From: Lepidodermella squamata
Taxonomy: Eukaryota; Animalia; Gastrotricha
Direction of reading: 5' to 3'
NCBI GenBank assembly: GCA_047495785.1
Contig: JBLDXI010000019.1
Location: forward strand, 1,178,001-1,242,000
DNA: 64,000 nt
Shown here: positions 26,221-40,160 of the stretch, in pieces
Layout: each line of letters opens with the position of its first letter
Position numbering within the stretch: position 1 is the first letter of the stretch
The notes under the pieces: generated by a model
The model's database searches: none
Seen by the model: the letters and a program-made list of their open reading frames with translations, nothing else
Told to the model about the DNA's origin: nothing
Program-made: the position numbers and the translations under genes

Positions 26221-28914
26221 ATGACCAATGCGTCGGTCGTTGGATTTGCTCAGTCAGGGAACGAAACTGGTCAAATATCTCCAACATTGCCATCTATAAG
26301 CAGAGCAGATGGAAGAAGCGTTGGTTCTGAGAGGCATTCGGCATCTACGTTGATGCATGGCTTCGTTGGATTTGTCTGCTGTGATAATGTCATACATCAC
26401 AGCCTAGATTTGAAGAAGCCGAGGCTAAAAACGCCCGTCATGAATCCAACAAACAAGGATATTGTCGATGAAATGAAGTCGCCACTCAAACCCAACTATA
26501 TCGTATCATCTCTTCGGTTCGAATCGCAATTATGCTCTGCTATTTCTGGCTTCCAAGAATTGCATGGCGAAGAGGTTTGATCACTGTGACTATAAAAGAT
26601 GAAAGATTCAAAAAATAATTTACAGTTGGCATCGGCTATCTGTAATATCTGCAGATTATCCTCAACTATGCAGCTGTCCTTCATCAAGTCCGTTTTGATA
26701 TCACAAAAAGGGAAATTCGCAGATATCATCAACAGCCTTAATGGTCGACCAATCGGTATTATGTCGCAATTCAATTATCACAAAATTATTTTCCTCCCAT
26801 GCATCTGCAGCCACTGTTATGACAGACCAGAAAAAATGGCGATTTAGATGTGCGGGAGATGTGCAAATATCCTCCATTTCTCGTTCAAGGTTAGCGCTGC
26901 TTTATTTTTCTGAGGATAGCCTATGATATTCTCGAAATGTGTATAAATTAGCGACAAAGAGCTGTTTAAAAGAGATACTGAGCGCAAAACCTTTGATAAA
27001 GACATTCATTCAATAATGAATTGGTACCATACAAGCAACAGTAAGTCTGATGCTCTTAGGAAAGCAACAAGTCGATAAAACATTAAACTCTTGCCGTGAA
27101 AACAGGCCTTGAGAGGAGAGAGTTTCTTTGCGGCTTGATCTCTCATTTTGATTTGCCTACCATTCGAATATTTTACGACATTATAGTTGTGAGTAACGTA
27201 GCAAAAAGCTTCCCTCAAATATGTTGCGCTTCTATCCCATCACCAATAAAATAATTAATATATATTATAATTACGGACTCAATTTTGTTCCCAGGAAAGA
27301 CAGTACCGCGACTTCATAAAGACCTTACCCCGAGACATTGTAAAACGAATCATGTCATACCTAAACGCAACAAACCAAGCGAAACTGTCAATGGTAATTT
27401 CTAGTTTTTCAAGGTTTTACACACTTCATTTTACTGTCCATTAGGTAAACCACAGTTACTATCAATTAGTCGATTCAATGAAGAGTCCCGGTGACTCTAC
27501 CACGGTGACACGCTTGATCGAATTGGATAATCCTATGCCGAACGTGCCGAGCTTTCAAAAGGCGTTTGTGGAATTACGCAGCCGAGAAAACTTCCGATCG
27601 GGCAAATTCTGCCGAGTCTCGGAACTAGAGGGACACACAGGACGCATATTGTGCGTGACAATTAGTCGCAATTATCTTGCTTCAGGTGGCTCTGACAAAA
27701 CTATTCGTGTATGGTCGGTCAATAATAGTCGATCAATATGCACTTTGACGGGCCATCAAGCTGGAGTGTGGTGCCTTCAGTTCTTCGCAAAATACATTCT
27801 ATTTTCAGGTTCTTATGATGGAACTATTCGCGTGAGTTTTCAAAATTACACCAAAGCTTGAAACGAAATGATAATTTCTAGCTATGGTCGATCAAACGCT
27901 CTCGCTGCATTAGAGAAATCGCAGGGCACATGGGTCCAGTTTGGGGTTTGAAAGTTGACGGGAATGTTTTGCTCAGCGGCAGTCAAGATAAAATGGTAAA
28001 TTTAACTATGCTTGTTCTGGCTGCATTGCTTATGATTTCATAATATTTCCAAGGCGATTGTGTGGGACGCTGTGCGCGGAGAGCCGTTGCATCATTTGGT
28101 GGGCCATAGAGAAGCTATTTTCGCTGTAGATCTATGCTGCGCAGATAATCTAGCAATAACTGGCTCGGCTGATCGCACTGTTAGACTATGGTCCACTGAA
28201 GATGGACAAGCGATCCGGTCCATTCAAGTGGGTGTTAGTTTGTCGGTGACCGCTGTAGCATACAGCAGAGGATTCGTGGCTGCCGCTTCTTCGACGATTA
28301 TCAAAGTTTTCCAAGTATGTAGCCGTTATACGTCTAGCTAATAAGTGATTATGCCTTTTTCGCGTTATTTAGGTGGAAAATGTTAAACCCGTTACCACAA
28401 AAGTTGACAGTGGTAATGAAAAGCCGGTAGCTTCTGTGAGGAACCTCAACGTAAATTCACATTGGGTGGATTTTGATGAAGAACATTTGAAGCGAATAGA
28501 ATCAATCGGCTTCCGCATTTCGAATTCTAACCCTGGTCAGCTTGATGGCATTCTAATTACCACATCCAAAGACGGCTTTGTAAAATATTGGGACTTGTCT
28601 CAGTAAGCTGATTTATTCTTAGAAAAATTTCCATCGATGTTTTTCTTTCGTTAAGAAAAGCCAGCTTGCAAACCTTCAAACCACTTAATGGCGGCGTAGT
28701 CAATTCCGTCTATTTCGATGCCTATCGTGTCGCAGTTGCTGGCGAAGATAACAAGGTGAAATTGTTCGATTTTTCACTACCTGTGAACTCGACGTTAGGA
28801 GCAAAGTCTCAACGCAAAAGCACGAAACAGCCCGGTAGTAGCTTGAAGAACTCGCTAACGAAATCAGCTTTGCGGAGATCGGTGACTTTTACCAGTGATA
28901 TCGCTGCCGAGTGA
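26221..28914 (+). CDS. F-box/WD40 repeat protein with D-domain-like segment
   Basis: Spliced frame is continuous: 'IMNWYHTSN|SLERREFLCGLI', F-box 'RDFIKTLPRDIVKRIMSYL', WD40 repeats 'LEGHTGRILCV..LASGGSDKTIRVW', 'GHQAGVWCLQF', 'GHREAIFAVD..TGSADRTVRLW'. Confidence 0.88.
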
Positions 28915-29075
28915 AGCGAATTTACGTTAAATAAAACATACTTCTCAGTTCGTTTATTCATTATTCATGGGACAATAATCTAAACCTTTTCTTTTCTCAA
29001 TATAAATCAAACCCAGCTTAAATGTTGAGGGGATTGCAAGGCACATCAAAATAAAGTCTCGCAGATTATATGTTA

Positions 29076-30549
29076 TTAGCAGGCTGATACTTCTCCAGGT
29101 TTTTGATACAGAGGATGTCCGTAAGAACCATTGTCAGCCAAGATTGATCTTGGATAAATAAATTCAAAGTTTATATAAATATTTGCTACGCTTTATAATG
29201 AAGAAAGCTACCTTGCGACAGTTGGATGCACGCGATTGATTGTAGATGCTGGTGTTTCCTCAGGTACAAATTTAGTCAGGCCTGTACTCCGAGTGAAGCC
29301 ATCATCTTTCTGCTGCTGCACGCCGCCACGGCAGTGTCCTTCCCGGTTACGTCCGTAGGGAGTTGGATCGGTGTGAACAGCAGCATAATGACTCTGCCAC
29401 GGATTTCTTGATGCAAGTGATGGATCCAAGGAAATGTGATTACTACGATTCAAGACAGCGCCGCTCTCTTCTTTGAATTCGCCCTCTTTGGGAATGACAT
29501 GTCGAGTCTCAGAACTATCGCCGGGTAGCTTATGTTGCGGCAAGTGGAACTAAATTCGATCAACCGAATTTAATACATCAATATTAAATTGGAACAACTC
29601 ACATCTTTCGGATGCTTGGGTATGAAAGGTGGATGCGTATCCATATTTTCACGAGTACTACCCGTGTTCTTATCGCCTCTAGTTGCGAGTAGAGGTAGAA
29701 CTTCCATACCAGTTCCTGTTGCAAATGGTTGATAAGATGCCTGGTAAATTGAGTAGTTGCGCATGTTCGGTTGCGGATCTAACGTGAAGTAGGGATGAAT
29801 AAAGATTTGAAAAATAAAGTCACGCAAAAGCATACGGATGAACGTGCTAGGTGGCTTGAAAGTAATGGGCTCGATGTTTTTGTTTTTAACGTGACCGCCG
29901 GGTTCCAAGCAGCCGATGGACTTCGTGTCCAAAGCAGTCAAATCAGACGGCAGCTGGGCACCAGTGTGATGTACGCGATACTCAGTGTCATCGTAACATT
30001 GCTGTACATTGCCCTTGTGGTGTACCTTATGGAGCAACGGCTTATATGGCTGCGGGCAGTCGTCACATTGCAAATTGCTATGCCAGAGCTTCTTCATTTC
30101 TGTCTCCGGAATGGCATGAGATTTTACGTCTCTCACATATCCGCTGCCACTATCTCCAATCACTTCCCCGGGCAATTTGTCGCTTCCAGCTGGCGCATAC
30201 TTGACATAATCCAGCTTGGTGATTGTATTATACATGCCAGCATTTACCTGAAAATCGGAAGACATCGGATGAATCAAGTGCACTGCTATGAAAATCCCAC
30301 CTCAAACATGTAAGGGTTGTCTTCTCTGTCCAACGGAGCACTGTACGTAACAACAGGACGAATATTTGAAGCGTAGCCCGTTCCTTTATGCAAAAGGCGT
30401 TTCGGCTTCACGTCGGGTACAGTTTTGGCGACGTAGTCGCTTGAGTATCGGGTGTGGTAAAAGTTTAAAATATCGTCACTGGGGCCAGAGCTGACTTTCA
30501 CCTTCGTTTCCGGTCTGCCAAGGGGCAATGGGGCGTACAAAGGACACAT
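29076..30549 (-). CDS. PPP1R32: PPP1R32 / SAXO4 (IIIG9) ciliary microtubule inner protein
   Basis: N-terminus 'LPLGRPETKVKVSSGPSDDILNFYHTRY...GTGYASNIRPVVTYSAPLDREDNP' matches my recollection of the PPP1R32 N-terminus; repeated SGY/GFT motifs; last exon SILADNGSYGHPLYQKPGEVSAC*. Confidence 0.85.
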
Positions 30550-30652
30550 TTTCTTCTGTGGAAATCAGAATGAGAGCTGATCACAGTTTCGACTGATGAT
30601 GACTTGGAGTTCCGATTGCGGAGAGAGAATTAACAACATGCCCTCTAGCGTT

Positions 30653-30666
30653 ATCGCTATGGTAAC
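30653..30666 (-). promoter_or_regulatory. Putative RFX X-box
   Basis: GTTACCATAGCGAT on the minus strand, close to GTTRCCATRGYAAC, about 105 bp upstream of the ATG of a ciliary gene. Confidence 0.55.
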
Positions 30667-32069
30667 ATTAATTTTCATGAAAATTACTAAATAATTATTA
30701 TCCATCAAAATGAATCAATTATATTATTATCTGTCAAAGACAAAATTAATATACGCGGGAAATGAGAAATCCTGCCAGTCGGCAAGATTGTTTTAGGTCC
30801 ACCTCCGCTTTTTTCCGATCCTCTCCATGAAATGGGCAGGTTTGATCCAAGATGCTGTATTTTTGGCTCACTCGCGGCCAATAAGCAACAGTCAAACTAT
30901 TTTCACTTGAACCTCTTCTATTGGCTGTAGGAAACTCTGACACTTTTGAAACCTGGAATATTCGATTATCTTCATTGCAAATCAGTAATATTGGCAATCG
31001 AGGATGGAAATAAGGCAAATGACAATCATATTTTTACTGTTTTGCGACCTAGCTTCCCTTTTCATAGTTGTCTATTGTCCATACATGTCATTTGTAAGCC
31101 TAAATATTGTTTTCTTGCTTTACAAAAGACGGTTCATCTCCCTAGCGCATCCCCCTTCCATCATTTTATAGTGAGTTTCGTGGGCTTAATCTATGGTTTC
31201 GTGCCTTTCCTACAAAACGATCCGAGTTTCAACAAACGAGCAAGCGAACGTCACCCAATTATCATTCACATACAAATCTCTCAGCTTAGTGCAGGTCAAC
31301 TCGCTTTTGGTTTTCCTATGTTTAATTGCCTTATCCGACCATCAAGCTGTCTTTTTGTGAAACCCACACAGTGGTGATCGAAAAATAATTTCCAGTCGAC
31401 TACTAGTCAACAGCATTCTAAGTTATCGCTCATAAGATCACTAGTAGTTAACTCACAGCTAAACAAGCAGAATGAAAAGTGTTTTTGGAGTCACTGTTGC
31501 GTGAGGATGACATGTGGGGTGACTAATCACTGAATGTCATGTTTTTACGGTTAATCTAATGGCAATGAATCTTCCGCTTGAATTGAGTAACTTTTGGCAA
31601 AATGCTTGATATTCAGTACAATGTAGTTCAGAACTTTCAGCTCACCTCTTATCAAGAAACTATGCGCTCTTCCGTGGTAATTTTCATTACATAGGTCGTA
31701 GTAAAATAAATCGTGTTGTCGAAATATGACTGCATTGTCTCAACGCCATTCTATTTTTTAATTCCAAGTGAAGGTGTTGACTATCACAAAAATTTCAATT
31801 AAATAATACCTACCCTAAAATTACCACAAATTCGTGGAAAAAAGCGTTGACGTGTCAAATATCGTTTACATCCGGAAATTTTTTAGCAGTTTGTTATTAT
31901 TTTTAGTTGAAGTGTACGCAGGTATCAATTGAACTAGATATATTCGATAACTTAATGCGCTCAGAACTAAGCCTATTGCAAATTAAGCGACCGATTAAAC
32001 CGAGTGAATCTTTTTAGGTGTGGTATTCCTGAATATTATTTTTCCAATTTCGTAAAAGCCTACGAGCCG

Positions 32070-33402
32070 ATGGCCGACGAGGAGAAGGGTTATCGATGGG
32101 AAAAGGGGTACGAAAAGACTTGGGAAGTGTTGGAAGAGGATGAAACCGGTTTACTGCAGGCCAAAATTGACGAGCTGATTAGAAATGCGAAACGCAAACA
32201 GGTATGTTATTCATATTTGCTTCAAGAGATGATAATTATTTTTCATTTCAGTTGGAAAAGCACCGGGAGAGAATCAAGTTGGGTATGATGCGGTATGTTG
32301 TGGTCTGCATTGATACAACAAGAACAATGGCCGAAATGGATATGAAGCCTAATCGTTTGATGTGTGTTCTCGATGCAGTAAAGCAATTCGTCAACGATTT
32401 CTTCTACCAAAATCCGATCAGCCATTTGGCTTTTGTTGTAATGGAAGATCGGAAAAGCAAAGTATTGAGCGACATGTCTGGCAATTCAAGGCGTCATCTC
32501 GACGCTGTCGCCTCTATGTCATCGCAACTGGTGCGTTAAGCTTTGTCATATGATAGCTTTCGTTCTATGATGACTTGTTCAAGGTTTTTTCTGGAGAAAT
32601 AAGTCTTCAAAATACTCTAGAATTATGCCATCGACTTCTTTCGCCAGCACCACGTCACGCCAGTAAGGAAGTGATTCTGTTTGTGTCTAGCCTCACGTCT
32701 TGCGATCCTGGCGATGTTCACCAGACGATCGCGCAGCTGGCTGAGAGTGCCATTCGTTGTTCGGTCATCGCTTTGAGTGCAGAAGTTTGGATCTGCAAGC
32801 GTCTTAGTTCGATGACCAAGGGTACTTATGGAGTGACGCTGGACGAATCTCACCTCAGAGTTCTCCTGGCCTCTTTATGTGCCCCTCAGGCTGCCAACAC
32901 TATGGCCGAATCTGCCCTAGTACGAATGGGCTTTCCACATCAATCACCGGCCATGCCGTCATTGTGTTCATGTGCAGCTTGTGCCCTTCAGGGCTCGAAT
33001 AATCAATCGAAAACCAGCGGTGAGAAGTCCCATGTGGATGCAGTAGGTTATGCTTGCCCGCAATGTGGCGCTAAGGTTTGCGATTTGCCAACCGAATGTC
33101 GAATCTGCGGGCTGCCTCTTCTTACCGCAGCTCATTTAGCGAGAGCTTACTGCCACTTGTTTCCCCTCGCTCCTTTCCACCCTATCATCGATCCGAGTGA
33201 AATAGTCGAGGATGGCACCGAGTCGAATGGAGGTGATGTTTATTACAAGTGCTTCGGTTGCGATGCGAAGCTGAACCCGGCTCAAGCGAATAGTCATATA
33301 TACACGTGTGTGAAGTGTAATAAACTGTTCTGCTCAGATTGTGATATTTTCGTACATTCGACGTTGCATTCTTGTCCTGGATGTATTCAATCTTCAACTT
33401 GA
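32070..33402 (+). CDS. GTF2H2: TFIIH subunit p44 (Ssl1)
   Basis: 'GYRWEKGYEKTWE', 'LGMMRY', 'FFYQNPISHL', 'SLTSCDPGD', 'CPQCGAKVCDLPTECRICGL', 'FCSDCDIFVHSTLHSCPGC'; two short introns. Confidence 0.98.
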
Positions 33403-33859
33403 AAAAATTATACGTCACGAGAAATAAAAGTCAGATATAACAGTTCAAATCCTTTATTTTCTTTGTTGCAGTAAATAAAACTGTCTCTCATAGCGGTCAC
33501 ATATATTGAACAATTGAATTCATTTTAAAACGCCAGTACTATTTTGCATGAAAATTAGGAAGCATCTGTACAAACATCCGAAAATCACTGGTTTGTGACA
33601 TTAGTCAAGTTTAATATTTGTAAATGCTAAACAGTACGTTTGGCGTTACACATTGTTTTAATTGCAAATCACGGTGGAAGATATTTTTTCAATATTTTTT
33701 AAATATAAATTGTATTTATTTGTTTTCGTAATTTGAATATAGAATTGTAATTTTAATATAACTAGCGATATTTTTCTTTTCGTAACTTGAATATTAGAGA
33801 ACTAATCTTCGCATTACCCATCAAGGGACGTGAACTAGAGAAAGACAACTATCGAACAT

Positions 33860-35010
<1,151 letters not shown>

Positions 35011-35032
35011 TTATGAGGCCACATTCTTGCGT

Positions 35033-36491
35033 TGTGGTGGTGGCGGTGACTAAAAGTGCATAGTATGTGGTGGGCGTAACTTTTGCTGACGTCCACAAAA
35101 TAGGCGTGGTACTAAATTCTGCGGTGTTTCCGCGGAAATGGTTGTATTACTAAGACAGAAAAAATTGGCGAGAACGTTTTCCGAAAATACACCGACTTGT
35201 CAACACGCAGTGTCGGTTGCGCTTATCGCTGCCATAACACCGCGGTGAAAAGTCGGCGAAAAAAGCAGCCAGCGCCTTGCACTGCGTGTTGGCACGAGCA
35301 GTAAATTAAGGTGGGCGTAGTAATTCGCACTAGAAAAATGGGGTGATACCGGACACGCTTCCATGAAAAGCGTGTGTGGTTAAACACAAAAGTTGTTTTG
35401 TGGGAGCAGCCAGCGCATGTTTTGCACCGCGTCACCGCTGTCCGCAGTTCTGGTTTTTTCGCGGTGTGATGCAATCGCAGAGGGTAATAATAAATTTGTT
35501 GTGTCTAGATGGAGTACAAAAAAGGCAAGAGCGCTCGTGGCGGAGCGCGGTGAGGATGCGCATCTCTATCTATAATATCGTTATATAGTCCAGGATGAAT
35601 AAATCCGGTGTGTTTTGTCAGTGGCTATAGCAACGGAGCGAATGAGGCAGGTGCTAGTGCGCCTGGTATCTTTTTATATGGTTGTGGTTGTTTTTCTGTA
35701 GGATATTTGACGTGACGTGCCTGCGTGGGCGACTTACAATTTAATACACGCGGCATTATGCGTAGTACGTCTGCTGGTCGTCATAGTATAAATTCGCAGA
35801 CCAGTATATATCATATATAGTAGAATTGCCATGAAAACCACACACATGTGAGCACGCAGTATTGCCCAATCATAAACAACTGCAAAAAATGCGCGCTGAC
35901 TCATGGGCGACGTCATCGCCTCGCCACACGCGCACACCATGTGTGCTATGATGATATCTACCGCAGACCCTAAAACACACACACGCACGCGCACTGGTTT
36001 TCAACCTACTTACTACAACTACTACCGGGCCAAGATTTGAACACGGTGATAATGGTTAGTGTAGTTGGTTTTACGATGGCTAATAGCCGTATTAGCACGG
36101 CAATAAAGGAACAGAGTATAAGTAAGCGTTGACCTCTTAAAAGTGCCTCGCGCCGACACAAACAACCGTGTTGTGTCTGTCTGCTCGGGTGCTCTCTATC
36201 TTTTCATAGGTTTATCGCTATGAAAGTGCGCCGACGCCGTCAGGCATATTAGTAGTCATAAAGATAGGTTAGATGCCGGAGTACTAACTGCTACCCACCA
36301 CCACTACCAGACAGCTGTTTTTGCGGTTAGACCGCATTCTTTAGTGAGTACCGAACCAACACACTGTCTGGGTCTGGGGTATTCATCGCGAGCCGCCACG
36401 CGCCGCGAAAAACTAGCATAATATCATAAATACGAGGCTATAATCTGCACGCGTTTGCCGGACGACTCGTCGATGTGTGGTTGATTGTGGT
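35033..36491. promoter_or_regulatory. Cluster of Runx consensus sites (TGYGGT) upstream of RUNX
   Basis: Sites at 35033, 35066, 35120, 35375, 35683, 35837, 35960, 36322, 36331, 36476, 36486. Confidence 0.65.
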
Positions 36492-38145
36492 GGTGGATTC
36501 ATGTTTGTTGTAGGTACGGTCGGCACAGAGATCGAGTCTTGTTTTCTGCGTTGGTAGGGGCAAGTACTTGTTAGTATAGGCGCGCGTCGGGCGCGGCGCG
36601 GCGCGTGCGCGAGCGCGATAAAAATGCGCATAAAAAAGTGCTATGATGTTTACCTTTTTTTATGCACGTATATATATTAACACTGCGTGTGGCTTCCAGC
36701 CAACGTGATTCATGATTCACTCGCCGCACGCGTGTTTTTTAGTTGCCATACCGCTACGATGAATCAGCGCGATTACGTCGACATGATAAAAAACCGCGAG
36801 TGGGCTACTATTCAGTACGCATACAGCACGCATTGCGTAGCGAAGACTAATCGATAATTTCCCGCTGTCGTCGTTTTAGTCGACACGCCGACGCCGCAAC
36901 TGTCTAGCAGTCCAGCACTAGAACAATAAAAAACACTACGAAACAAATAGTAATAACGGCGACCTGATGAAGATGAGTGGGCTGTGCGCAATATATCGCA
37001 AAAAAACACATCTGCGCTGCTGATGATGCATCATACGTTGCGGCGAAAAAACGCAGAAGTGCAATCAGATAGCAAATCTACCTAATTTTCGTCGGTAATT
37101 ATTGCGCACCGGCGGCAAGTACTGCGGCTCATGATAATGATAATGATGATGATGATGCTGATAAAAAGTCGCTGACTCAACGATCGAGAATCGCGCAGGA
37201 TTAGCCCTGCTAGAGACTAGAGGGGAAGCCGAAAGCGAGACATGATGACGTCTGTAATTGACCGTCCCCGCAATCACTTTCAGGAAGTGAAATCTAGACC
37301 GAGACTCGCCCACATGCATTCCGTTTTTTTGGCGAAGCCTGCAGTTGTTTTTCGGACGGAAGGTACACGAGGCCATAGTGACACGGAGATGACCGCACGA
37401 AGTCGCAAAAGCGTATTACTTATCGCGGTATTTGAGCTAGGAATGCGCTTTTTCGCTCGAGCCAAAAGATGCCGCCGCGTACGCACGTTGTACCTGCTCG
37501 CATTTCATCGGCGGCTTTTAGTACTTGACAGCTATTTAGCTCTAGCTTTTGCCACTACTGTAATCATGTGAGCGCGTATATGTAGTTTATATGATAGTTG
37601 TCTACCTTTTTACTACAACATCAAGTGCACAAGACGCGAGTTTGTCAAAACTGCGCAAAGGTATATGAGAAAGAAAAACAAGCGCGTGACAACTAGGCGC
37701 CAATGCCGTTTTGTTGTGCTTGGCTGGCGCGGGGTATAATATCGTGTTTGTTGGTTTTTTGCCCTGGTGTAATTCACGCCAAAAGCCGCCGCTTAATGAC
37801 CTTTTATCAGCTAATAGCGTCGCGTGCGGTCTCGACGACAAGAGACAAGAGCAGGTAGTTGTTAAACAACAACGCGTGCTGGTCTTTTTCAGCAGGATGT
37901 GAGCGCGAAATATTTTGCTACCCGAAAAATGCACTGGTCATGAGACACGTGAATTAACTAGCATATTACATGAACTTGCTAAATAGCGACCCGCGACGTC
38001 ATAGCATATATTAAAAAACTTTAGGTACAAAGGACAGCGAAAGCAGTGACGTGTAGCTGTGAAAATTCACGAAAACAATACCTAATTGTGCAGCAATTAT
38101 CATTAGCGTTGCGATTTCACGGCTTTAATAATTAACAGTCGCAAG

Positions 38146-39427
38146 ATGAATAGGTAGATAGCACTTTGAGGTCAGTAAGTACGCGCAGGTGTCTATATAG
38201 GTAAAAAATTACCATGCGGGTTGAAATGACCTGAACTTGTACTATAATTTTTTTAACAGCTCACGAAACTCTGGTGGCTGCTATTTAGTGTCAGACAGTG
38301 ATGCGAACGTTGTTTCTAGCGCATTGCTGAAATGCGTTGGTGAAGTGGTAAATGAACATAATGAACGAAAAAAAAACGTAAACAAAACCGTATGTCTATA
38401 TTAGATTACTGATGCGGTCAAATTTGCCACGTTGAGACAACCCGGCAGCGATGTGTGCTTCGAAGATGTGCTGATGGCTGTAAGAAAAGATTCACTGACC
38501 ATGTCTAGGACAATCGCCAAATTGGCGGCACTGGACCACCGCAACGCGGCAGACACGAAGAAAAAACTGAAAAACAATTCGTCGTCTCGTTACCAACGTG
38601 CAGTCGATGCGTTGGGCGCACTACATCCAGAGTTATTTGCGGCGACGTTCACGCCGGGATCAGGCTTGCTGTTCGGCCGACTTTTGGTTAGTACATCCTA
38701 GTACATAGTATAAATAGGCTATAGCAATTGTGGCCAAAACAAAAGCATGCGACTTTTTAACTTTTGTGGCTACACGTGTTTTTAGTTGGTGTGTGTGTCC
38801 GAATTCGGCCAGACACGCGGTTATATATAAGTATAATTATCATCATAAACCGCGCGGCATGATTAATATTGAATCTACGTTTTATTCTAAGATGAATCGG
38901 CGGGTGTTTTTAGTATACTCATCATTCATTTTCGTGACCTTTTTGACAGCGAACGACCTGCTGTAATAGTGATGCAATTGGTGGTCATGATCTAGAAAAT
39001 GCCGCCGTCGACAGCGAAAAAACGCCCATTGGAACAGCCCCAAATTTCCGTATGCCTTTATCGTCCCATAAAATTAGTGGTAAACGTTCTGATTAATCTT
39101 CATTCTTCCTCAGTTTCTGATATCAACCAACCAGCTATGAAGTTATGGCTGACGTCACTGGCTGGTGGTTCTGCGATAACGGAGGGCGCATTAGAACTTC
39201 TTGGAATTATGTTGTATGAATTTGCTCAACAAGTTTGTTTGCTTTTGCTTATTCATTTTTCATCATTTTTCATATTGTTTCCGTAGATAACTGATTTGGC
39301 CTCGCTCCAGGCAGTTCACCAGACACACTCAAAATCTTTCAACTACGGCACTGCTCCTCAGAGGAGGATTGTTCTCGAAGCTACTAGGCGGTTTTTAGAA
39401 CTTCGTTTTTCTACCGTTAAACGCTGA
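38146..39427 (+). CDS. SUPT3H: Divergent SUPT3H (Spt3, SAGA subunit), 5 exons
   Basis: Spliced frame is continuous; 'VCFEDVLMAVRKD...SRTIAKL' and 'ALELLGIMLYEFAQQ|ITDLASL...VLEATRRF' resemble the two Spt3 histone-fold halves; position head-to-head with RUNX fits the known linkage. Confidence 0.72.
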
Positions 39428-39989
39428 TGCAATAAAAGTCGTGTTCCAAATAAAAATCGTTTTTTTGGGCAAAAGGAACGTTTCAGGTGAAAACTTTTTC
39501 GTAAACTGTGCTCATTCATCTTCATCATTGCCGTGGCCAATAAAAAAATATGGCTGATCACCAGAAGTGGCACCATATTCCATTGCAGTCATAATGATGA
39601 GAAAGTTGATGAAAACTGCGCGTAGGTCACCAAGGATCAAGGATGTCGGCTGACTTGAGGAAAACTCAAAAGGTTCAATTAATTCCGCAAATCTGTCTCA
39701 TATATTTAGATACATGTTTGAAAGGTTATTTTATTTACTCTCACGAAAACGTGTGTACGAGCTCTCGCTATTTATTTTTACTTATATTTCAGATCGCATG
39801 AATTTCACGTTTGGTCTGCACAGTTATAAAACCTGTTGCTTTAATAGTAGGGGTTGACATGTCCATGCGTACGTTGCATGTGTAAAAGATAAAGTGGATA
39901 GGTATCCTGTAGCTGATTCCATCGTTTAGATTACATAGAGAACAGAGAGTGATGGATATAAAGAGGCATGCATTAATCCTGCATACCGC

Positions 39990-40160
39990 GTGGCCCGGTC
40001 ATATTTCGGCGTTTTTCACTTCCCCCGCCTCAAAGGTAGCACACGGGAGAGCTGCGGTGAAAAACCAGCGGCAAGCAATGGGGGGACAGCTGGCAACTGT
40101 CTAGGAGGAAGTGCCCCACCATCAGAAGCGCCTCCGAAAACCGGGGCCTCGGCCCCGCCG
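39990..40160 (-). ncRNA. Unidentified GC-rich multibranch structured element
   Basis: Closing stem GGCCCGG..TTCGG / CCGAA..CCGGGGCC; inner stems TTTTTCAC/GTGAAAAA and GACAG/CTGTC; alternative hairpin GGGGCC-TC-GGCCCC; sits in AT-rich intergenic DNA. Confidence 0.3.

Noticed and set aside
29795-30313. Long antisense ORFs such as 29795-30313, 5636-6079 and 63501-63953
   Set aside because: They are shadows of real coding exons on the opposite strand.
35223-37934. Many 60-110 aa ORFs between RUNX and SUPT3H
   Set aside because: No domains or splice pattern; expected by chance in GC-richer regulatory DNA.
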